Position numbers and translations under genes: made by a program
Notes under the pieces: generated by a model
What the model was told of the DNA's origin: nothing
Databases searched by the model: none
What the model saw: the letters and a program-made list of their open reading frames with translations, nothing else
Shown: positions 53,834 to 62,452 of the stretch, in pieces
Numbering within the stretch: position 1 is the stretch's first letter
Layout: every line of letters begins with the position of its first letter
Source of the DNA: a virus
Length of the DNA stretch: 64,000 nt
Direction: 5' to 3' (one strand)
Virus record (IMG/VR): IMGVR_UViG_3300029554_000001

Positions 53834-55282
53834 ATGAGTAAAAGCAAAGACAAGATTAGAGTAAGTTTTAAAAATTCTGGAGCGGCAGAAGATGTAACAG
53901 GTTCTTGTACTGTTATTACATGGGGAAAGCCAGAACGAACAATTCTTGTCGATTGTGGATTGGTACAAGGTAATCAAAGTCTTTTGAAAGAATATCAGGC
54001 TAATAGTGCAAGATTTACATTTAAAGAGAAGAATGTAGATTATGTATTTGTGACCCATTCGCATGTTGACCATTCAGGTCGTTTAAGCCTTTTAACCAAA
54101 AGAGGATTTGATGGAAAAATTATTGTGCCTGATGGTAATAAAGATTTAATTCGAGAATTGCAATTAGATAGTGCTAAGATTATGTTAAGAGATGTTGAAG
54201 ATTTGTCTCGAAAACTTAAAAGGGAATATTCTCCGATTTATGAAGAATCTGATGTAAAAGATATGCTTACTCATATTGAAGAATATCCTTTTAAGGAAAG
54301 AATTAAATTAGACGATGATGTAACATTTGAGTTTATTCCTTCTGGACATATTGTTGGTGCTGCTCAATTGATTCTATATATCAAAAATGGTAGTGTTACC
54401 CGTAAAATAGCGTTTACTGGTGATTTAGGTAATATTAGAACCGAAACTTATTATGCAAATAAGTTTGAACCTATTCAAAATGCAAATTTGTTAGTGGGTG
54501 AATCTACTTATGCCAGCAAAGAAAAAAGTGCTAAAGCAAAAGATAGAGAAAAAGATTTAGAAAAGATTAAAACTTTTGTGTATGATGTTTGTATTGATGG
54601 AAAAGGAAAGTTACTTTTTCCTTCTTTCTCTTTAATGAGAAGTCAAGTAATTTTAACCATTCTTTACGAAATGTTTAAAGATGACGAGAATTTTAATATT
54701 CCTGTTTATGTTGGCTCTCCTTTAACTTGTAAAATTAATAAAATTTTTAATGAAATTTTAGAGGGTGAGCAACTTAAGAGATGGATTGAAGCTTCTTCAT
54801 GGGATAAGGTTAAATTTATCAATAATTATGAAGAGATTGAGCAAATTTTAGTAAAGCCTGACCCAGCAATTTTTATTTCTAGTGCAGGAATGCTTAACGC
54901 TGGTTTTGCTGTAGGTATTGCTGAAAAGCTCCTTCCAAGTGCTAAGAATGGAATTGCATTTATTGGGTATTCTGTTGAAGGGTCTTTGGCTTGGAAAATT
55001 AAACAAAAGAAGACTAAGACCGTTGCCATTAATGGAAAACAAATCCTGAGTCGTTGTAGAGTAATTAACTTAAATAGTTTTTCAAGTCACATGCAAAGAG
55101 ATGAGCTTTGCGATTATTACAGCGGTGGTCTTGGAACTAGCGGTTATGGTAAAGTTGTCCTTCAACATGGTAATATGAAAGATAGAGTTGAACTGAGTAA
55201 AACTTTATCGGAGCTTATTAGTAAAAGAAATAGAACAGACAAAGTTGTTGTAGCTAATAAATCAACAGAAATTTTATTGTAA
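53834..55282 (+). CDS. metallo-beta-lactamase-fold / beta-CASP nuclease (RNase J / CPSF / SNM1-like)
   Basis: HSHVDHSG (HxHxDH) motif; 482 aa; C-terminal SSH...motif region; no TAG codons. Confidence 0.75.
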   Translation: MSKSKDKIRVSFKNSGAAEDVTGSCTVITWGKPERTILVDCGLVQGNQSLLKEYQANSARFTFKEKNVDYVFVTHSHVDHSGRLSLLTKRGFDGKIIVPDGNKDLIRELQLDSAKIMLRDVEDLSRKLKREYSPIYEESDVKDMLTHIEEYPFKERIKLDDDVTFEFIPSGHIVGAAQLILYIKNGSVTRKIAFTGDLGNIRTETYYANKFEPIQNANLLVGESTYASKEKSAKAKDREKDLEKIKTFVYDVCIDGKGKLLFPSFSLMRSQVILTILYEMFKDDENFNIPVYVGSPLTCKINKIFNEILEGEQLKRWIEASSWDKVKFINNYEEIEQILVKPDPAIFISSAGMLNAGFAVGIAEKLLPSAKNGIAFIGYSVEGSLAWKIKQKKTKTVAINGKQILSRCRVINLNSFSSHMQRDELCDYYSGGLGTSGYGKVVLQHGNMKDRVELSKTLSELISKRNRTDKVVVANKSTEILL

Positions 55283-55296
55283 TTAAATAATTGTAT

Positions 55297-55318
55297 AAAA
55301 AGCTTCACAAAGCTTTTT
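55297..55318 (+). terminator. rho-independent terminator
   Basis: AAAAAGCTT-CACA-AAGCTTTTT. Confidence 0.7.
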
Positions 55319-55319
55319 A

Positions 55320-55818
55320 AATAAACCTATTGACACAAGAGGTCAGGGTTGCCAGAGAAGTTGTATATTGGGCTACCATCCAGTGATGCAATGGAGGCTT
55401 ATTAGGGTTGTCAGGTTTCCACAGGGTAGCAATTAAAACTGTCCGACCAACATACTTTCATGCGTGGTTTCAAACGGAAGAGAAAGGCGTTTTAAGGTGT
55501 CGGCATAAACCTTATCATCTTATATACCATGTTGTATATTTAGACCAGCTACGAGGCATAGTCTTGCAGCTTTTTAATGTGGTGTCCATGAGCACAGGAT
55601 AAGGACTTAAAGAAGACCAAATTTACGGGTTCGTAAAACGGGTCTGAGCCATATATCTCATGTACCATGTGTACAAGGAGTTCCTTAAGACGTTAGAGTT
55701 TAGCTTTAGCGTTTTATGCAATGAAAAAGGTGAGACAGGGAGTAGCTACCTTTTGTTTTGCCCCAACAAAACAATTATCATCTTTTTCATTTTTAATTAA
55801 GACTTGGGGGTTTTAGTT
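55320..55818 (+). ncRNA. candidate large structured noncoding RNA, family not recognised
   Basis: About 500 nt with no credible ORF and visibly more G+C than the surroundings. Nested hairpins include AGACC-AAAT-TTACG-GGTT-CGTAA-AACG-GGTCT, GTCCGACC...GGTGTCGG, GCTACC...GGTAGC, AAAAGGT...ACCTTTT and GTTTTG-CCCCAA-CAAAAC. Confidence 0.4.
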
Positions 55819-57069
55819 ATGGGAATACAAGAATTTAATACTGAAACAAAGTTAACTTGTGCGTAGATTAGAGATGGGGAAACTCTATTTTATTCTAAAA
55901 AGACAGGTAATAGAAAACCTATTATATGGGGAGTATATTTTATTAGAAATATGCAAAATAATAAGGTTTATGTAGGTTCCTCCAATGATATAGTTAGAAG
56001 ATGGAAAAACCATTGTAGTGATTTAATTTATTAGAATCATATAAATAAGCATCTATCTGCGGCATGGTTAAAATATGGGCAAGATAGTTTTGTTTTTGAA
56101 TTAAAAGAAATTTATGAACCAAATGATAAATTTGATAAAAAAGAAAATTTAGATTGTCTTCGTAAAAGAGAACAGTATTATATAAATTTATATGATACTA
56201 GTAATAATAAAAAGGGGTATAATGAAAGCAATTTAGCGACAAATCCTTCTATTAATGTTACTGAAAAACTCCTTAATGGAGAACGAGCAATATCTCCGTA
56301 GCAGTTTTACAAAGTTGTTGATTTACTTTTGAATTCTGAGTTGAATTTAAGAGAAATTTCAGATGAAACTGGAGTAAAATATACTACTGTTAAAGATATA
56401 TATTAGAAAAGAGAGTATAAAGAATTATTAACTGGTTATAATTTTCCTGTAAGAAGTAATGATAAAACTGATAAGTTAAAGCGAGAGCATTGGAATGATA
56501 TAATGAATTTATATAATTTGGGAATGCCCGCTGAACAAATCAGCAGAGAAATTAATTGTGGAATTAGCGTGCTAAAAAATCTTTTAAGAAAAGAGGGTAT
56601 TCCGTTTGGTGTGAATAAGCCTCGTTATTTTATTTTTGATTTATATGGTAATTTAATTGGAAGTTATTTTAGTTCTTCTGACGCTGGAAAATTAATTGGA
56701 TAGAAAAGTTAGACTATTGTATCAGCGGCAAATCATGGTTGTTTGGTTGATAAAAAATATAAAATTTCAAAAAATCCAGAACCACCATCTTTCACTGAAA
56801 CAGAAAAAATATTTGGTCATTATATTTCATCTTTTGGGAAAAGTATCATTGCTGTTGCTTATAAAAATGGTAAGCCAGACAAGGTTTATAACGGCATAAG
56901 ACCAACTTTTTCAGATAAAGATGCAGAAAAAATTATAGATGCTTTAAAACAAAATAGCAATGAAGAAATTTTTGGTTATACTTGGAAACGTCTTGAAGAT
57001 GTTCCCGATTTAGACAAATAGATTTTAATGAATAAAAATTTAAAGGTTAAAAAAGGTGTTTTAAAATGA
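55819..57069 (+). CDS. free-standing GIY-YIG homing endonuclease with C-terminal DNA-binding modules
   Basis: GVYFIRN..NKVYVGSSNDIVRRW..H...YGYN-like core. Track ORFs 56503 and 56743 are in frame. About 7 in-frame TAGs. The TGA overlaps the ClpP-like ATG. Confidence 0.65.
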
Positions 57070-57725
57070 GTACTGACAAGTGCAAGAACGATAGTTTGTC
57101 AAATTTAGTTGAACTTATTGATATTGAACCAGAAGGTAATCTTTAGCTTCCAACTCCCTCTCTTCTGCAATATTATTTAGACAGAAAAGAAAGAGTTATT
57201 TGGATTGATAAAGACATTGATGATGATTTGTTTAATGAAATTAGACAAATTATTCAGTATAATAGAGAAGATGAAAAAAATAACATTCCCGTAGAAAACC
57301 GTAAAATTTGTAAAATAATGCTTTAGTCTTATGGAGGAACTTTGGATTCTTGCTTTGCTTTGCTGGATGTAATGAAGATTTCTAAAACTCCTATTTATAC
57401 TTATAATTTAAATGCTTGTATGAGTGCAGCAGCATTAATTTATCTGAATGGACATAAGCGTTTTGCAATGCCAAAATCTACTGTTCTTATTCATGCTGGT
57501 CAGGGAGGTAGCGTTGGTCGGTATGATGCTGTGTTGGCGCAAACAGAAAATTATAAGAGATTAATGGATATGCTTAAAGAAAATGTGCTTGAACATACCA
57601 AAATTGGAAAAGCTTTCTTAAATAAGCAGATGAAGAAAGAATGGTATATTTACATTGATGACCAGATTAAGTATGGAATCACTGATGAAATCATTACTGA
57701 CATTACTCAGATTGTAGGAGAATAA
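57066..57725 (+). CDS. ClpP-family serine protease-like protein
   Basis: ...SYGGTLDS..., NACMSAAALI (Ser) and VLIHAGQGG (His) match the ClpP pattern. Two in-frame TAGs. Confidence 0.6.
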
Positions 57726-57727
57726 AA

Positions 57728-59038
57728 ATGGCTTTAGTTACAGATAAAGTACCCGAAGGTTATCTTCGTGAAATGCGTCAATTAATGATGGATATTTCAA
57801 ATGGTGACGCAACTTGGAGTAATGCAAACGATATTCGTAAAAAGTACGGTTTGCCTTCTCTGACTATTGATACAATTCGTAGAGGTGCGCTGCTTTATTC
57901 TGAATTTAATGCTTCAGGATGGGTTAACGAACCTGTTAATAAAAATATTCCTACTAAGAATACTACTACTTTAGATAGGAACGGTGTGAGAACGAGTGAG
58001 AAATTCGTAGCTTTGTCAGAAGATGAGCTTACGGATAAAACTGCTCTTTTAAAAGCACATGGTTATAATCCCGTTCAGTTTGAATTGCTTAATGCTAAGA
58101 ATAGTATTTGGCAACAAGGTGATGGCAAAGGTGGTTTGAAGAATCTTTATTCTTCTCGTATTACTGTAAAGCCTACCGATTGTGGCTTGGATTTAGAAGA
58201 GCTAAGAAAATATTTCGAAGGTTTTAAATCTCCTCGTAAGACAGAACATATTAGAGGAGATATTAGCAACAAACCTAATGTAGTTTTCTTCAGTCATCTT
58301 GATGTACATTTTGGTAGAATTTCTCAGCCTTATGAAACAGGAGTTGAGTATAATATGGAAATTGCAAGATAGAATATGCTTTCTACCACTAAGAAGATGA
58401 TTGATTCTGTTCATTGGAATAATGTGGGAAAGATTATTTATATGGTTGGTAACGATTATCTTAACAGTAGCTTTACTGGTTACACAACAAGTCAATCTCA
58501 CATGCAGGATAACGAAGGAACTTTTAATACTATCTTCAAAAAAGGCACAGAAGCTTTGATTGAAGTTATAGATATGCTTAGTAGAGTGGCGCAAGTAGAA
58601 GTTGTATTTGTTTCTCGGAATCACTCTCGATTTGAAGAATTTGCGTTAATGCAGATAATTGAAGCGTATTATAAAAATGTAGAAGAAATTAAAGTTGATG
58701 CAAGTCCTTTCCCAAGAAAATATATTAGAGTTGGCAAGACTCTTCTTGGTTTGACTCATGGTAGTGATGAAAAAGACCGTATTAATGGTTTGATGCAGAC
58801 CGAAGCTAAAGAAGATTGGGGGCAGACATCTTATCATTATTGGTTGTGTGGTCATTTACATCACAATGATTGGGCTTTAAGAGAAAATTATGGTGTTTCT
58901 ATTTTCATTCTTTCCGCCATGACAAAGATGGATAATTGGACTACAAAGAGTGGATATACTATGGCTGATGCTGGATGCATTGCTTTTGTTTTTGATTATG
59001 ATAAAGGACTTAGTGATATTAAGTTCTATTATGTTTAA
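57728..59038 (+). CDS. calcineurin-like metallophosphoesterase with an N-terminal extension
   Basis: Motif I (HLDVHFG) lies before, and motifs GNDY, SRNHS and CGHLHH after, an in-frame TAG at 58370-58372 that joins track ORFs 57728..58372 and 58376..59038. Confidence 0.7.
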
Positions 59039-59058
59039 CTAAAAATAAGAGAGAATTT

Positions 59059-59283
59059 ATGGGTAAGAAAAATAAAAATTAGGCTTTTGATTAGTACAGA
59101 GATGATGAATCTGAGGAGAGAAAGCCGTCTAAGAAAAAATAGATAGTGAAGAAGAAAAAAGAAGAAGAGATTTTTGAATTCGAAGAGGATTACGAAAAGA
59201 CTCGAAACAGAAATAGATATGAAAACCGTAAAAAGAAAAAGAAGCATTATGAAGATAATGACTACTATGACGGTTGGAATTAA
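59059..59283 (+). CDS. small highly charged (K/E/R-rich) protein
   Basis: 74 codons, three in-frame TAGs, TAA stop. Confidence 0.35.
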
Positions 59284-59356
59284 TTGCCCTTACTTAAAGT
59301 TTGTGGTTTAAAAAAGTTTTGAATGATTGAACTGGATAATCAACGTTCATGGGAAA

Positions 59357-59398
59357 GGAGATAGCTTAACTGAGTAAGGTTGGGCTATCTCTTTTTTT
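59357..59398 (+). terminator. rho-independent terminator
   Basis: GGAGATAGC...GCTATCTC followed by TTTTTTT. Confidence 0.7.
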
Positions 59399-59429
59399 CC
59401 CATTCCAAAAAGGTTAAAAGAGGTGAAAG

Positions 59430-59966
59430 ATGAATAAAGGAAAAGCTTTTGAAAAGGATTTTCAAGAAGCGGCTAAGAATGATGAGCTGTTTGTGTTAAG
59501 GTTACATGATACTTCTTTATCTTGGCAGCATGAAAAAACTTCAAGGTTTCAACCTGAGAACCCCTGTGATTTTTTGGTATATGAACTTCCCAATTTATTT
59601 GCTATTGAGTGTAAAAGCACTTGTTATAAATCTTTGACTATACAGAGAGATATAAAAGATAAAGCTTCTAAGATGATTAAAGCTCATTAGATTAACAGTC
59701 TGGTGAAATTTGCTCAATAGGAGGGGGTATTTGCTGGTTTTTTATTTAATTTTAGAGATGATGAAGACATTTCAAATAATGTAACTTACTGGTTATCTAT
59801 ATAGAATTTTAGTAAATTTTTATGTGAAAATGATAAACAATCCATTAATAAATTAGATTGTATTCAATATGGAGCAATTATAATTGAACAAAAAATAAAG
59901 AGAACTCATTATACTTATAATATAAAGAAAATGCTTGAAGATATTAGAAAGGAGGAAATTAAATAA
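59430..59966 (+). CDS. RecU-like PD-(D/E)xK Holliday-junction resolvase
   Basis: ...PCDFLVYE...LFAIECKS... nuclease motif. Three in-frame TAGs extend track ORF 59430..59690. Confidence 0.6.
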
Positions 59967-60946
59967 TGTATAATAAAATTTTTGATGAAGAAAAGTGGAA
60001 ACAAGTAAATTAGGAAAATAAAACCATTATGGAAGATTTTCTTCTTGAATACAAAGCGAGAAAAATGAAAGATTCTACTTTGAAATAGTATAAAAATGAT
60101 TGCAGAATTATTCTTTTGTTTGTATTAGATAATTGTGGTAATAGACCCCTCACAGAATTAAGAAAGAAAGATTTTCGTAATTTAAGTTTGTGGTTAAGTG
60201 ATACTTTAGGGGTATCTAATGCTCGTACTAATAGATTGATGTCATGTTGTCGCTCAATGCTTACATATGTTGAAGAAGATGATGATTATGATTATGATAA
60301 TAATTTAGCAGCTAAAGTAAAAGGTCTTCCCAAGGAACATGTAAGAGATATTGTTTTTTTAGATGATAGTGTTATTTTAGAACTTGTTGATAAGTTAATG
60401 GAAAAGAAAGATTACAAGAAAGCTACATTAGTTGCTTTACTTTACGATTGTGGTTCTCGTAAAAATGAAATTGCGCAAGTCGAAAAAGAAAGTTTTTACG
60501 ATGAAAGCAAAAATCTTACTAACAAACTGATTGGAAAGCGTGGCAAAATTTATAGGGCAGTTTATCATTCTTTAACTAAGAAATGCGTCAAGAAATATTT
60601 AGAAGAGCGTGGAGAAGATGATGTAAAAGAACTGTTTATTACAGAGGGTGGTTTCCCTGCAAGGGCAGAGGTACTTTATGATTGGATTATTTCTTTAAGA
60701 CCAATAGTTGAGGAAATTACTGGTAAGCCTTCAAATCTCAACGTTCATACGTTTCGCCATAGCTTTATTCAGAATTTATCGGATGGAACGCATTATTTAT
60801 GTAGGGAATAGAATTTAGGTAAAGTACCTCTTGATAAAATTAAATTATTAGTGAATCATTCTGATATTTCCACTACAGATTCTTATAGAAAAGATACCAG
60901 TCTTGAAGAGATTGGTGAACTGTTTGGAATTGACATGGATGAATAA
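59966..60946 (+). CDS. tyrosine recombinase / integrase
   Basis: N-terminal SAM-like STLK-TAG-YKNDCRI; catalytic HTFRHSF and ...NHSDISTTDSY. Three in-frame TAGs. TAATG overlap with the RecU-like gene. Confidence 0.75.
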
Positions 60947-60959
60947 AAGGATTAAAAGG

Positions 60960-60971
60960 AGAGAATAAAAA
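60960..60971 (+). repeat. right copy of the 12-bp direct repeat AGAGAATAAAAA
   Basis: Lies 14 nt after the integrase stop and overlaps the RBS and start of the next gene. Confidence 0.5.
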
Positions 60972-61693
60972 TGGCAGATGAAAACAAACTTTTATCTGAT
61001 GAAAAACAGGTCGATTTGACTCAAAATGAACAGAAAAATGACGAAAAAGTTGAGAAAATTACTCTGGAAGAGCTGATTTACAACGCTTCTAAAATTATTT
61101 CTGGCAAAATTAAACAAGAAGATTTAAATGCTTTTGGAAATAAATTAACAGTTCGTACTTATCTTCCAATTCTTGATAAGATGAGAGCAATGATGACTCT
61201 TATTTTTGATATGAATAATCAAGATGTTGAAATGGAAGAAATTAGAGTTGTATCATTAAGAAAGAATATGTTCTTTAATGTTCTTCTTGCCGAGTATGCA
61301 ATGATTGATGTTTCTAATAAAGATTTACAAACTTATCAAACTTATGATTTACTTTATCCAATTTTTGCTCCTTTTATTTTGCAATATTGCGAAAAAGATT
61401 ATAATGAGATGAAAGAAATGATTCAAGAATCTTTAAATATTTATGCAATGAAAGATTTGGATAGCTTGTTGAATAATATTAATTATCAGACACTTGCGGA
61501 ATCCGCGAAGAAGAATGAAGAGCTTTTAAATAAGATGGCAAGTGATAAAGAAGCTCTTAAGGAAATTAGAGAACTTTATGAAGCATTAAGTAAGTCTCAA
61601 AACGCAGATAAAGCTACAGAAGCTATTAAAAAGTTGACTCAATTAGAAGCTATTAGAACTGATAAAGAGAAAAAAGCAAATAAAAAGGATTAA
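60971..61693 (+). CDS. hypothetical protein (possible tail assembly chaperone)
   Basis: 240-aa ORF with the RBS AAAGGAGAG; coiled-coil C-terminus. Confidence 0.5.
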   Translation: MADENKLLSDEKQVDLTQNEQKNDEKVEKITLEELIYNASKIISGKIKQEDLNAFGNKLTVRTYLPILDKMRAMMTLIFDMNNQDVEMEEIRVVSLRKNMFFNVLLAEYAMIDVSNKDLQTYQTYDLLYPIFAPFILQYCEKDYNEMKEMIQESLNIYAMKDLDSLLNNINYQTLAESAKKNEELLNKMASDKEALKEIRELYEALSKSQNADKATEAIKKLTQLEAIRTDKEKKANKKD

Positions 61694-61744
61694 GCCACAT
61701 TAAATTGTGGTTCTCTAGCTAGAGATACATATTATATATCTAAA

Positions 61745-61772
61745 AGAGGGAAGTAAAACGCTTCCCTCTTTA
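61745..61772 (+). terminator. hairpin / weak terminator
   Basis: AGAGGGAAG-TAAAACG-CTTCCCTCT followed by TTTAAT. Confidence 0.5.
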
Positions 61773-61796
61773 ATAGTTTAAAGAAAGGAAAAGAAT

Positions 61797-62438
61797 ATGA
61801 GTGATTTATCAAATACAGTTTCAAAAGCATTTGAAGATGCTTGTAAAGAAATTGTAAAGAAAATAGAAAAACAAATGCCTCAAAGAATGGCAACTATTAA
61901 GAATGAAGTTTCTTTTGAATATATGTCTTTAGTCAAAAATGTTTTTGAAAGTGTTTTTGATAATTATTACGGGGACAATTATGATAAAGATAGTTTAATG
62001 GATTCTTTGTTTTTTGTTCCGAGTACAAAAAATTTGTGGCCTGATTTAACTTATAATAAAAACAAATTAAAATTTTTAAAGCCTATAGAAAAAGAAAAGA
62101 AAGCATTTAATAAAAATGCAGTAAGAGAATCTACAATAAAACAATTTGGCGATACAGATTTAGTTTTTGATATGGCTACAACTTTATTTAATGAGGCAGA
62201 ATTCGAAGAGGATTTTGCGGGTTTTGATTCATTATCTTAGTGGGATGAAGTGCAAGAATTAACATTCGATTTTTGGAATATGACAAGAGCAAATAATAAT
62301 AGAAACAATTTAAGTCTTTCTCCTATTGAAGAGACTTATAAAATAGCTTATACACGAAGTCAACGAGAATTTGAAAAGCGTTTTAATAAATAGATTAAAC
62401 CGAAAATGCTACAAAAATATGGTATTAAATTAGGATAA
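61797..62438 (+). CDS. hypothetical protein
   Basis: Track ORF 61797..62240 extends through two TAGs to TAA at 62436-62438. Confidence 0.5.
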
Positions 62439-62452
62439 GGAGGAGATTGAAA

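Noticed and set aside
55330-55369. TTGACA ... TATATT as a promoter for the noncoding region
   Set aside because: The spacer is 28 nt, far from the 17 nt seen in the three good promoters.
55395-55415. T-box-like sequence ATTAGGGTTGTCAGG
   Set aside because: Only the TTAGGGT part matches the T-box consensus. There is no specifier or terminator-antiterminator architecture and no aminoacyl-tRNA synthetase context.
55408-55602. 64-aa plus-strand ORF inside the GC-elevated noncoding region
   Set aside because: It has no RBS and an unusual H/Y/V/R-rich composition, and it lies within the hairpin-dense region. An open frame there is more plausibly a chance feature of a structured RNA.
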